DNA from: the human T2T-CHM13v2.0 reference genome, Homo sapiens
Reading direction: 5' to 3' (one strand)
Assembly (NCBI RefSeq): GCF_009914755.1
Contig: NC_060930.1
DNA: 64,000 nt
Shown here: positions 28,515 to 41,858 of the stretch, piece after piece
Position numbering within the stretch: the stretch's first letter is position 1
Layout: every line of letters begins with the position of its first letter
The notes under the pieces: generated by a model
The model's input: the letters and a program-made list of their open reading frames with translations, nothing else
Told to the model about the DNA's origin: nothing
Database searches by the model: none
Made by a program: the position numbers and the translations under genes

Positions 28515-28672
28515 AGCCTCACCATGGCCCACAGCCCAGCAGCATCAGCATCACTAGGGAGCATGTGGGAAATGCAGAATCTCAGGTCCCACCCAGACTG
28601 ACAGAACCAGAATGTGCATTTCCACTAGAACGCTGGGGGCTTCCTAGACACTTGAAACTTTCAGAAGCACCA
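28515..28672. mobile_element. MER5A hAT MITE
   Basis: cagcagcatcagcatcactagggagc...aaatgcagaatctcaggtcccacccagac...aaccagaatgtgcattt. Confidence 0.8.
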
Positions 28673-29854
28673 GACAGACCTCTCTCACCTATCCTTAGGT
28701 CTGTCTGTCCTTCTATTCACTCAGTATTAATTATTTCCACTCTGCCCTCTGAATACACAGTAATCTAGTAAAAAGTAGCTCTCTTCTTGCTTCAGCCTTT
28801 CCTCAGAACATTCTCTCCAACCCAGACTGTAACCTTGGCTCCCTGCAGACAGCCCTGTTTCTCCTACAGCCCTCTGAGGTGGAGAGAGCTCAACCTCCCA
28901 AGCCCCTGTTCAGGGCTCCGTGGCTACTTCCTCTATCCTCATTCGAAAATTCCTTCTCTTCTGACCACGTGGCCATGGCCAGACCACATGGCCATTGGCT
29001 TCCATTTATTGTTGCAAGGTACAAGTTTTCAAGCCAGTTCTAGGTACCTGGATCATGGCATTCCTATTTGCCCTCAACCCAACTGTGGAATTCTCCAGTG
29101 ACTATGTGGATGACATCTTACACAAGAATTCCTGGTTCCTGAACCTTTTCTACAGTGGCAACAACCACATTCCCCTTCAGAACATTCATTTGTTAATCCA
29201 ATATTTATGATGTGTCTCTTTCATATCTGACTGTGTGCTAAAGATATTAAGATTACCATATTGTCCTTGTTCTCAATGAGCTTACAGTCTAAAAGAGGGA
29301 GGGAGGGAGAAGTATTTTGGCACTAGAAGGAGCTTCGGGAATTACAAGCCAGAGAAAAGCTCAAAGAAGGTCATGGTCTACTTTTTGGCCATTTTTATTG
29401 GCTAACACTCCAACCCAGTAGTTCCCACATGCTGGTCTGAGAACCAGGGCCAATCCGTGGAAATGAAGAAAAATAAAGACAACATAGTAAATGTACCATA
29501 ATATTAAATTTCTAGGACTTACTCTGATATTATATTATTTTCACTTTGGGGATGTTAAAATATCCCTTCCTTTTTAAAAAGATTAGAAAACTTATTTTAA
29601 AGTGTCCAGTGTCCTTACATTAAAATAAAGAGTTGACCCACATATGCTAGTACCCCATTAATTTTCTAAAACTCATCCTTGAAACCTGGAAGTGGCTTTC
29701 CAGGTCTACATGGGAGGGGCTTGCTTAGGCCAGGGACAGTCTGGTTGTAGCGAGGGTTGGCAAGACTTGCTTTGAAGCCACATTTGCCCGTCTCTTTACA
29801 CAACATGGGAAGTCATTAATTGTTCTTCATAAAAGATTCAATGTGCCAAGTCAA

Positions 29855-30070
29855 GCCTGGGGGACCAGGCTCACACCTGTAATCCTGGTGTTTTGGGAAG
29901 CTGAGGCAGGAGGATCACTTGACACCAGGAGGTCAAGATCAGCCGGAGAAACAAGGTGAGACCCTTGACTCTAAAAAACATAATTTAAAAATTTAAAAAA
30001 AATAGCTGGGTGTGGTACATGTGCCTGCAGTCCCAGCTACTCAGAGGCTGAGGGTGGAGAATCGCTTGAG
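29855..30070 (+). mobile_element. AluJ-type SINE, 3'-truncated
   Basis: Left arm, linker and first part of the right arm ending at gaatcgcttgag; no tail. Confidence 0.85.
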
Positions 30071-30374
30071 AGAGCTGTGGCTAGGACTTTTAGTTGGGGC
30101 AGATGAAATGGTCTAAGGTTAGACAGCAACAAAAACAACTTTGGCAGATTTTGCCTCCATTGGGAAGAGTGCTCCTGGTGGACACACTTTTGAGTCTCAA
30201 AAAGGAAAATAATGTTGACTTTTAGCTCTTCAGTTCTCAGCAGTTACAACAAAAGTACTATGTTTATATCTCATGAGTGTAACTGAATATTTTTCCCCTT
30301 TAGGGTCAAGGGCTCTGTCTCAGGGATCACTTGTTTCTTAAATCTCAGGCTGCTACATTTTCTCAACCACCAGT

Positions 30375-30734
30375 CGTATTAGTCCATTTTTATGCTGTTG
30401 ATAAAGACATACCCGAGACTGAACAATTTACAAAAGAAAGAGGTTTAATTGGACTTACAGTTCCACATGGCTGAGGAAGCCTCTCAATCATGGTGGAAGG
30501 CAAGGAGGAGCAAGTCACATCTTACATGGATGGTGGCAGGCAAAAAATGAGAGAGAGCTTATGCAGGGGAATGCCTCTTTTTAAAACCATCAGATCTCGT
30601 GAGACTTATCCATTACCACGAGAACAGCATGGGAAAGACCTGCCCCCCATGATTCAATACCTCCCACCAGGTCCCTCCCACACACATGGGAGGTCAAGAT
30701 GAAATCTGGGCAGGGACACAGCCAAACCATATCA
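30375..30734 (-). mobile_element. THE1A/B-like MaLR solo LTR
   Basis: gtattagtccatttt...ataaagacatacccgagact...gggacacagccaaaccatatca. TSD ccagt/tcagt. Confidence 0.92.
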
Positions 30735-31585
30735 TCAGTTGATCTATATGGCTGGAAAAAACAAGACTTCTCGCCAACCACTGACAGTTTTTGTTTTTTT
30801 TTTTTTTTTTTTTTGCTTCTAGTTCTAATGCTTGGTCATTAATTTCTCTAGAACTCAGAATATATTTGATGCACATTATTGACTGTTCTCCTTCCTTTTT
30901 ATTTACCCTTTAATGTTTTCACAAAACAGGGACAATGTGCATAGGCCAGAGGATTTTATGGTTTTTCTAATTCGTTTTTAAAACTTAGAGACAACTGGCT
31001 TATAGCAATTTTCCAGTTAACAACACGAACACAACCCACAAGCCAAGAACAACAGAAGAGGAGAGACAGAAAGAACATAAAACATTACTTATGAGATCTT
31101 TCCCACTGCTTAGCACCAGATCTATAATGCATGCAAGGCTTAGCTGGAACAAATGATGAAAGCTGTTCCTCCTTTCAAGGGAGGATCATTTACATGGGCC
31201 CAGACCACTCCTGTTCTCATTTATTCAACTTCCAGCCCTCACTGACATTAACCAGGAGCAGAGAACATCTGGTGTCAGAACCAACTCCCGCTGTGCCCAG
31301 GGCTGTTGTCTCACTGTTGCAGAAAAGGCCAGAGGGCAAGGCTGCTTGGCTGAAGATGGGCCTCAGAGGTTCTGGGCTTTTTATGGAATTAGGCATGGGA
31401 AGCAGCTTTGCTCTCCTACATCAAACGTTATCTTAACTCCACAGAAAAAATTCACGAACTCCAAAACCTTCCTCTTGACAACCAGAGGAGGAAGGTGGTT
31501 TTAACCCAGTCTGAATTCAAATCTGTAGATAGTGAATTTTTTTTAACTCTCTTAAAACAGCGCTTTGAATTTTGAACATCTTGAT

Positions 31586-31680
31586 TATATATACATACAC
31601 ATGTAGATGTGCACGTGTATGTATGTATGGATATAAATACATACGTCACACATGCACACACATGTACACACACATACACT
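31586..31680. repeat. Degenerate (TA)/(CA)/(TG) tract
   Basis: Alternating purine-pyrimidine low-complexity sequence. Confidence 0.75.
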
Positions 31681-31894
31681 CAGAAAGACTGGGACTCTGG
31701 CAGGAACCAGAATTCTGCCACATCCCAAACCTAGCAGACCAAGTTCAACTTTGGAAATGCATCATCACCTTCACGCCAGAATCACAAACACACGGGCAAG
31801 AGGTTGAAATCCCAGGTCCTCGGCTTCTCAGCTGACACATCAGAGTTTATGCGTTTTCTAAGAAGAGGAAGTTATTCAAGCTCTTTAAAAAAAA

Positions 31895-32208
<314 letters not shown>

Positions 32209-33205
32209 TCATACCATATTTATTACCCTGTCCCCTCCTGAGTCCCATCCTCTGACCACTTCATCTTCTTCTACCTCCAAAACTCTCCTCATCCTGAAAA
32301 AAAGCACAGACAGCAGGAATGGACAATCTATAGGTTGTGGGGCTGCATGTGATATTTCTGGCTTTCACGTTCTGTTCTTGAAGTAAGCTTAAAGACAATA
32401 ACATACTCTCCCTGCTATGGTTAAAAGAATTCTTAGGATCTTTGGGAAAAAAAAAAATCTCAAAGTAAATATGACAATATAGAGACACTGGAGGGAGCTC
32501 TAAACATCTAGTGATAGGAAAAATGCTGAAATTATGTATCCTAAAATTGAAAAGTTACTGCTTTGTGGGATAATATGGTAAATTCTGGCTTTTAGTCATC
32601 TCTGTGCCCATTCTTAATACTGATTCAGAGCAGAAGATAGTTAACCATATCAACGTGTGTGCATGCGGGGCAGGAGGTGGGGGGAGCAAATAAAACTATC
32701 TTAAACATATGACTCTTTACCCAAAAAAGGAGGCCATTTATTCTTGGCTTCCACAGGGCCTCTGAAAAGTATACTCTGAAAATATTTTCTTGGAGAGTTC
32801 TTTAAAGCAGAAAGATTTAAGAGGCAGGAACATAACAAAGGAAGTACTGGACCAAAGTGAGCCTTGTTTGAACTGAGCATGTTTTGTTTTCACATTTTCC
32901 ACTAAAAGGTGCTTTGTCCTTTGGGAGGAATGTGCCCTCTTCATCCCACCTTTCCCTCCCAGAGCCCCCAGCAATGAGAGGGCGTCTGGTTCACATCTGT
33001 CAGGTCCAGAACCTGACTAAGCACAAGTTCTGTCCTGATGGGACTCAAGAGATGCTGAGTGAGGGGGCATTTTGACACCCTTGGGGTTCCTGTCACGCTC
33101 AGCTTCCTGCTCGACTTTTACCAGAGTCTGCCTGGTAAAGTCTTTCCTCCAGTTAAGGTCCCTGGGTTGTATTCAAGCTGTCCCCAGCCCCCACCACATG
33201 TGCAC

Positions 33206-33254
33206 CATACGCACATGCACGCGCACTCGCGCGCGCGCACACACGCACACACAC
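33206..33254. repeat. Alternating purine-pyrimidine tract with a (CG)5 core
   Basis: catacgcacatgcacgcgcactcgcgcgcgcgcacacacgcacacacac. Confidence 0.9.
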
Positions 33255-35002
33255 TCCACGTTGTTAGTTTTCTGGGTCATTTCCTGTGAAATGTCACTGT
33301 TCCCTCTTTAGTGGCCGGATCTCAGCCTGGGAGTCCGACTGAGAGCAAGGGGCTGTCGGTACAGCCTGGGGAGAGGGTCCCACCCCCACCTCACACCAGA
33401 TTTTGTATTAATAATAATCACGTCTCCACTCACCTGTTTCTAGCCTGGGAAACTTTCTTCCTTCATTCAGCACTATTTATTGCACACCTAAAACATTAAT
33501 GCTACTGTGTGGGGCTTGGAAGATGTCCTGGTATTTGGGTACTTTCTCAGAAGCAAGACTTTCTCATTTGGGTCTCTGAATATCAAATGTGACCAGCCAA
33601 CAAGTATGTACATTTCAGTCCCTCACCTTTTCCTGGAGAATAGAGTTTGATATGAACATTAAGTGGATTTACATCAGTGCTCCTCAGCACACACGACAGA
33701 AAATATATCTGCTCTGGACTAATAAGTATATCACAGGCACAAACAACTCTGTAGCCAACTTTTGATTAAAGACACAGTCTCTACCATTAAGGAGCAGCGC
33801 ATCTATATCACACCAATAAAAGCCAAGAGTCCTAGCAGTTTGCTACAAACGACTACGTAGTGAGAGTTAGGAACTATTCTGGATTCTGTATTTTATCCTA
33901 AAGACCTTTATTTAAATTTTCCAGCCTATCTCCTTCCCATTCCACTCAGTCTCATTTGACATTGCTTCCCCCAAGTCCACTGTGATGTCATGCACCTTGT
34001 GGATGGCAATGATCTGTGCTATAATTCAAAATGCTCTCAGGGAGCTGGGAGCAGAAAGAAAACACATTGGTGATGCAGGAAGCAATAAAACAATCTGTTT
34101 GAAAAGCACAGGTTTCATAAAATGTTAGCGCTGGAATGGAAGCGATTTCAGAGATGAACTCTTGCAAGCACTCTGGCGGCCGAAGCATCCAAATTCCTGG
34201 TTGCTGTGGTTGGCTGGAGGAGTCTACAACCCCAACTCCTGCCTTTGACTCTTATCATAGACTGCTTGCAGCTCATCCTGTCCTTGGACTTGCCTAATAT
34301 TTGTGCATACCATGTGCGAAGTACTGCTAATGTCCTTTACGCTCATGAAATCAGTGCTCAGCTGAAGACATTAAATTTACTGGCGGTGAAAGAAAAGTCG
34401 GGAAATGGAAAGAGGTGCTGGAACGGGGGCTGGGAAGGAAGGCCGCACTGCAGTGCTCTTGGTGGGGTTAACTCTGCTCCCTACTGCTTCATGAAATGCC
34501 AGTGTATGAACCATAGCATGTGAAGGACCTTTTACTGCACAATGTTCACTCTCAGAAAGAAAATACTATAAACCTGTGTTTGAGCTATTTCTCTTGCTTT
34601 CAATGCAGATTTAGCTGATTGTTCAACGTGAGGTCTTAAAACAACCCTCTCTCTTCACAGCCTTATCTTCTTTTCTCTCTCTTTTTTCTCCCTATGACTT
34701 TCCTTCATTAAATTAAAATGAGAGTCTAAAAAAGTGGAACATGTGAAGGAATGATGAGGTCAACAGCATTCTCAGATTCCTTTCTCTCTAAATTAATCAT
34801 ACCAAGGAGAACCCAAGTTAAATAATTTTTTCAAGAATCTAAATAAAACTTTAAATAAAGCTTTATTTGGTTTTACTCACAGCCAACCAATAATTGAGTC
34901 ATCTCTATTTTTAAAGTAATGTGAAGATCAGTTAGTTCAAACCTAACGGATACCGGGCATTCATAACTTTTGAGGGCATTACTAGACACCCTATTTCCTT
35001 AA

Positions 35003-35589
35003 TGTAAAAAGTAAAGTAGAGGTTCCTCTTCAAAGATTTTCCTCCCCATCTAATTAGGAATTAATAGTACTTTCTCTTAGAAGCAAAATTTATTCAAAGA
35101 CCTGTGCTAACATTCTTAAATATCTGCTAGCTGTAATAAAGAAATCAATGTACTTTATGTTCTTAGCTCCCACAATTTAGCCTAAATATTTACCCTAGCA
35201 TGCTTATACTGGTCCAAGCAAGCATTAGGTCATAGCCTGTTCCTCTTCCTTATTTGAAGGTTTTTTACCTTTCTCAGCATTTCACAAGTTACTTCCTCCT
35301 TCCTTTGTTCTCTTCTGCTTTTGCTGCTTTTAAAAAGTTCTAAGCTGCTAGCCATTCGGGACAAATACAGAATGTGAGGTCCCATTCCAGCCAATGGAAA
35401 CTGGACATAGCAGTAGGGTGGACGCGTCAGGTTATAATGACCCTGTCTCCTTTGTTCCGTGTACTCTTGTGGCAAAACTGCTGGCAAGTGTACCCTTTCT
35501 GCAGAAAGTAAAAATGGTCTTGCTGAGGAAATTAAATTTATGTTCAAGGTCTATTTCTTTACAGCACCAAAGAACAAGCATTTCTAACA
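35003..35589 (+). mobile_element. ERV1 solo LTR, LTR10C-type (HERV-I group)
   Basis: TG...CA termini (tgtaaaaagtaaagtagaggttcctcttcaaaga...caagcatttctaaca), 587 bp, perfect 5-bp TSD cttaa. Internal CCAAT, TATA-like and poly(A)-signal-like motifs. Confidence 0.88.
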
Positions 35590-37064
35590 CTTAAGATGTG
35601 TACTATGGAATCAGATTTGTAAAAGTTCACAGCGGCAGGAGACTAGCGATCATCCATGAGGAAGTTATAGCTCAGAGAGATAATGGGCATGCCTGAGATC
35701 ACAGAGTAATGACTGTTAACTTGGCTTCATTTTAAAAGATTGTGTTGTGGGCACTACCCTTATCTTAAAGTCTTAACTTCATGTTAATGAAACAAATACA
35801 TTATTAAATTTTTTAAATGTTCTCCTCTAAGGATATGCCTTTATGATTCAAAATAATATGGTCGGAATGAATGGGAAGGATACTGCTGTGTCCACCAGTG
35901 CCTAACTGGACATTTAAATGGCAGAAGCTCTTCTTCCAATGGCACATTGAAATCACTGAGAGATGACCTTCTCATAGTAAGGCTGTCCTAAGGAATATGT
36001 TGAAACATGCTCCTCAAAAGTATCTGTATCAACTTTTGGATGCTGAAGCTGGTTTTACTCACAACATCTGGTTTGCTTATATAGCATATCAATTCAATTA
36101 GATATTAAAAGGTACTTATTTAGTTGGTGAAGTTGAAATGCAGAGAGGAGACTAAAATTCCCAGGGGCACAGTTGTGGAGTTAGGCTAGAAAGCTGTGCT
36201 CTTAAATCCCAGGCCAGTAGCTTTTCATCATTAGACTATGTAGCTAGAAGCCCCATTGGAGGGTCTGAGCTGCAGACACACGGTTAACCCAGGCAAATCA
36301 GGTCTCATCTGGGCATCTCTGGATACGTCTGGGTGGCCTGTGAAGTGGATGGATGTTCTGTTTGTGTGGAGGCCTGTTTGATGAGCCTCCTGGAAGAAAA
36401 AGAAACAGGCAGTGACAGGAAACCTGCCAGGGATAATGGTGCCATGTGGTATCTGAAGTCCAGTAATTCTTCAACCTTCTTAGCAGCTTGCTGTGTGAGG
36501 AAGGAACTGACCCAGAGTGGTTGGGTTAAGGTGCATCTGCTAGGCATGCGGGATTGGGGGCATGGGGGTGTCAACAACAGGGGATATAACATTAGGAATA
36601 TCTACCAACCCAGCCCCTTGGGGAGGGGTGCAGGAAGAGACCGTGGGGCCATAAAGAACCTGAGGCCACCATGTTTTGTGGTCTCAGAAGAGAACTTTCA
36701 CCACTCAGGAATAGAGAGGACACATATCCCTGCTGTACTTGGCAACAAAATAAAAGAAGAACCGATCATCAACCCTCATGACATCACAGGGCAGAAACGG
36801 GAGTTGATAATAACATTCGAGAAGGGGGTCTGGGGCCTTGTGAAATCTCAGTTACTTCGTGTCTCCTTTAAATAAACTATAGTTATTTTAAATAGTGGCC
36901 TCACCAAAGCCTGCTTTCACACTGATTTCTCCCATTTCTATATCCATTCCATTATTAAGTATGTTAAAGAAGTATTGTCTTAAATACTTTCCTTCATCAA
37001 GTGAGAACCCTGGAAGAAGATGAGAATGAGGAACATGATGAGGATGGTAAAAAAAAAAAAAAAA

Positions 37065-37262
37065 GTTAACAGTAACTCAGGCCTATCATCTGACAGGCAC
37101 TAAGTGTGTATCACGTATTTTGTCACTTACAACCTTTTCAGGGTTTTAATGATAAGGAAAGTAAGGATAATGTGGTTAAATAACTTATGCAAATTGAAAA
37201 ACATTTGACATTTATTTTCTCACAACTAATAAGTAGCTGAAGTAGAACTTGAACCCAAGTGT
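37065..37262 (-). mobile_element. MIR SINE
   Basis: caggcactaag...gataaggaaagtaagg...ggttaaataactt...acaactaataagtagctgaagtagaacttgaacccaag. Confidence 0.55.
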
Positions 37263-37288
37263 GTTTAATTCCAATTTTAAAAAACCTG

Positions 37289-37438
37289 TTTTTTAGAGTT
37301 GAGGTCTCTGTCATCCAGGCTGGAGGGTAGTGGCATGTTCTTAGCTCACTGCAGCCTCAATCTCCTGGGTTCAAGCGATCCTCCTGTCTCAGTCTGCTGA
37401 GTAGCTGGGACTACATGGATGAGCCATCATGCTTTGCT
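37289..37438 (-). mobile_element. Alu right monomer (FRAM/AluJ-like)
   Basis: tcatccaggctggagggtagtggc...agctcactgcagcctcaatctcctgggttcaagcgatcctcc; flanked by ttaattccaa duplicates. Confidence 0.85.
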
Positions 37439-37884
37439 TAATTCCAAAATTTAATTCTTACCTTGGCACCCAAGAGGGTGTTTGGCACACAGTAGGTGCT
37501 TCATAAAAATTGGTGACTGAACAAATAAAAAGAATACATGGGTTCTAAGGTTTAGTCAATCAAATGGTGCAATGAGCCTCATTCTTCACCTAAACTGGTT
37601 AAGTATACCTCAGTCATTTAACCTAATAGAAACAGTCATTATAATCAAATAATGTCACAGGATCGATATTTCCTGCTAAGGAATAAATGACTCGGACTTG
37701 CTTTGACATTTATTTTCTAAAACTTACTCAGTTTTGCCCCGATATTTATACATCAGCAGGAGATGGTTACCCCGAGAAGCTGCTCTGTTCCACACAATTG
37801 CCTTAGCGTCTGTCCTCTTTATGAAACTAAAAAAAAAAAACCACAGTAACTGTAGTTGTTATGAGCACCAACATTTTAAGTCTA

Positions 37885-38229
<345 letters not shown>

Positions 38230-39266
38230 TCAAAAGCTGGCTTTTGTAGGTCTAAAATTGTTGTAAGACAATTTTAAAAGCTTCCAGACGTGCAGAATCT
38301 GGGGCTCTTCTTTGCCCCCCACCCCACAGCCTCACATGTCTTGGTTTGCGGCTTTTAAACAGCGAGTTCTAGAGAAGTTCCACAAAACTGTGCTCCACCT
38401 GCTGGCCTTCTGGGGAAGCTGCGTCTGGGCTGATGATGCTGGTTGCGGGTTGAGCGAAAACAAGGAACAGATTTGAGTTTGTCCAAAGCATGCTTGGTAC
38501 TTGAAAATTAACCCTTCAAGACTGGGCATGTGTCCAGTGATGCTCTGAAGCTGGCAAAGATGAGCATCAAATCACCAGACGTGCATGGAGAGCATGAGCT
38601 GAACGACCGTCGTGATAGGCTTGGCAGAGGATGAAGCAGAGGGTGGCACCGGAGCCCTACCTGGGTGCTGGCACTGCCTCGGCCTCTTGCTTACTATGAC
38701 GCCGTGTGAATCACAGCATCTAGCGGCCCTCCTTCCCCCTTACTATGACTTCCAATTTTGAAATACTGTGACTCTGCTGTGTACTTAATTGACATCTCTT
38801 TCTGAAGGAATTTACAATCCAGTTGATGATGTAAGACCCACTATCATAAGCCAATTAGAGAACCAAACAAGTGCTGAAGGGACCCCTATGGAGGCAGAGA
38901 ACCTGAAATGAACAGTGAAGACTAAATCTGACTTACAAAGGTGAGGAGCAGGGAGTACATTTCTTTCCTAATGCTTGCACTGGGATTTCTGACGAATACC
39001 TCAGAGGCTATGTTGGGCTTTTTCTGATGTAGCGATATTTTGGAGATTATGGTTCAACCAGTGATTTGTCTAAACCTGTTTGAGGATTCTTTCTAACATA
39101 TCATTCCCTTCCCTACATAAAGATAATATGCAAAAAATCCAAAAGGGTGCAATCATTTGTTTTACTAGAATCTTCTTTATGTTCTAAAGTCTTAATCATG
39201 CATTTCTTTCAAATTGTGAGCCTCCAATGAACTACAAGCTTGTCAGAATTACATCTATTCAGGTCA

Positions 39267-39700
<434 letters not shown>

Positions 39701-41624
39701 GATGTAAAATAATTTGAAAACAAAAGCCTAAAGATGCTTGCTGAAATCAGCTATTAGTCTGTTCTCTTCAGGAAAATGACATATTATGCATAATCAATAA
39801 TAATAATAACATAACTAATTTTATGTCTTATTGACTCTAAGGTATGGCTATCTCTATTTACTACTACCTCATATGACTTTAATATTGATATTGAATTAAA
39901 GTCAGTGCAAGATCTGTAGTACATTAGTAAGTATGCAAAAATGGGAAATTGAAGCCCTGTTTATAGGTGGTACTCAGAGAAGGCCCAGGGTTGTTGGTGC
40001 CAACTGGAAAAAGTTTATATCTGATTATATTAATAGCAACATTGATCTGGCATTTTGCCCTGGCATAGTTTTTTACCTTCTTGAAGGTTAAAAAAAAAAA
40101 ATCTCCCTGGCTGCATCAGGATTTAAGACATTGGGGAGAAAGAAAGGATAAAGAGGGAACAAGGGCAAAGATGAGGATCATTGAAGACGTTCAAGGATAA
40201 TTAAACTTCTGCCCATAGCTGGCCTGGGGGAGAAATGAATGTCACCGTAGTATGGATGTGGCTGGCTCACAGTGTGAAGAGAGAAGACCTTGTTTCCAGT
40301 CATTCACAGCCCTGTTGAGATATACCTTCATGCCTAATTCCTTCACCCTCTGAAGTCCAACATTATTTAATTGATAAGATATGCCACATATCATCTTGTC
40401 CTTTGTGTTTAAGTTGTTCTTATTAATATGTATGTCTTATCTCCCTTAGTAGATTGTCAGCTTCTTGAGGTTATCTTGAATGTTTTAACTTAGCTCTCTC
40501 TCTCGCACTATCTTGCTTAGGGAAGACACCCAATAAATATTAGTTGAAGACATGACCAAGTGCATGAAGTACTGTATAGGCTTGCTAAATAAGGGCAGTA
40601 AAAATGCCATTGGATCTTGTAGGCAAATTCTGAGGTTGTAACGGATGAAATTAATATAAATGTTGATTCACTGAATTGTGAACTATAGAATATGAACCCT
40701 GTCAATAGGAGAAACCTTTCTAAAAGCCTTCTTCTTTGTTGTGCATGTTTTTAGGGATTCAGTCCAGAACTTTCACCCGGAAACTCAAAACAAGAAATTT
40801 AGTTTGAAATAAATCAGGTCTTAACAAGTGAGAGACTATTAAGATTAACAGACTGTCTTGGACAGCCTCCTGCGTGTCCCTTATCATCTAAAGGGTTACT
40901 ACTAGACTACATCCTTTTCTGCTTTATCTCAGAGGCCCATTAAAGCATGTAACCAGACTGCTCAGATTCATACTATACTAATTTTCTCTTTCCAAAAGAA
41001 ACCAAACAACAAAATAAAACTCCACCAAGTGACTAAACTAAATTCAAATATCCATACAATTCTATCCACGGCAACAGCGTCAGTTTCTCAGAAATTTCAT
41101 TGCCAGGCTCCCCCACTTCAATGGACAATAGAAGAAAATGTGCCTCAATGTCGCAAACTTCAGTGCCGCTCAAGGAGCTAATTAAATCTCCTAGGATGCC
41201 CTCACCCACACCCTAAGAAATTTGAAGGGTACGCAAAATCCAAACTCAATTCAACACCATTAAAATAAAAGGCCTTTACATATAAAGCTTAATCTTGACT
41301 TTCTTTGTCCTTTTCTCCCCACAAAGTAGTAGATTTCCAAATTCCCCAAAGGTCATGAGTTTGGCAATGGAACAATGGCATCCCCAGAGTGACTGCCTTG
41401 GGGAGAGAGTTTGCTCCTCTCTTGGCCATGCCGTGGGGGCTGTTGTCTCTCTTGGGAGCTGCAAGCATCATCAAAGTGGATGAGGGCTGGCCACAGCAAG
41501 AAGTATGGTCTCTGTCCTATAGTTTTCTAGTGTTAGGGTGATGAGGTCTCTATCTATTCACAAGAAGAAAAAGAGTCATCCTAAACCATTCCCAAACTAT
41601 GTTAGAAATGAAGAAAGGGGAAGG

Positions 41625-41858
41625 GAAATAGCACTTGCTGAGCACTTCGTTTAAATGTGCCAGTCATTATGCTGCATATTTTATATTTAATCCTCACACA
41701 ACCCTACAAAGTAGAAATGATGACTCTATTTAAAGACAAACTGAAACTCAAAAGAACTTCCTCGAAATGATACAGTTAGCACATTATGGATGCAGAATTC
41801 AAACCCAGGCCTGTCTAGTTCTTAAATCCGTGTTCTTCCCATATACCATGCTGCCTCT
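41625..41858 (-). mobile_element. MIR SINE
   Basis: gcacttgctgagcactt...atttaatcctcacacaaccctac...aaactgaaactca...agaattcaaacccaggcctgtct...ccatataccatgctgcctc. Confidence 0.7.

Noticed and set aside
36333-36875. Longest ORF in the window (180 aa)
   Set aside because: GTG start, no recognisable domain and no convincing splice boundaries; compatible with chance.
38635-38650. CTCF-like word gcagagggtggcac
   Set aside because: Several mismatches to the core consensus; not supportable without ChIP data.
38690-38749. 11-bp direct repeat cttactatgac flanking 38 bp
   Set aside because: Resembles decayed MIR-type motifs; too short, and no insert hallmarks.
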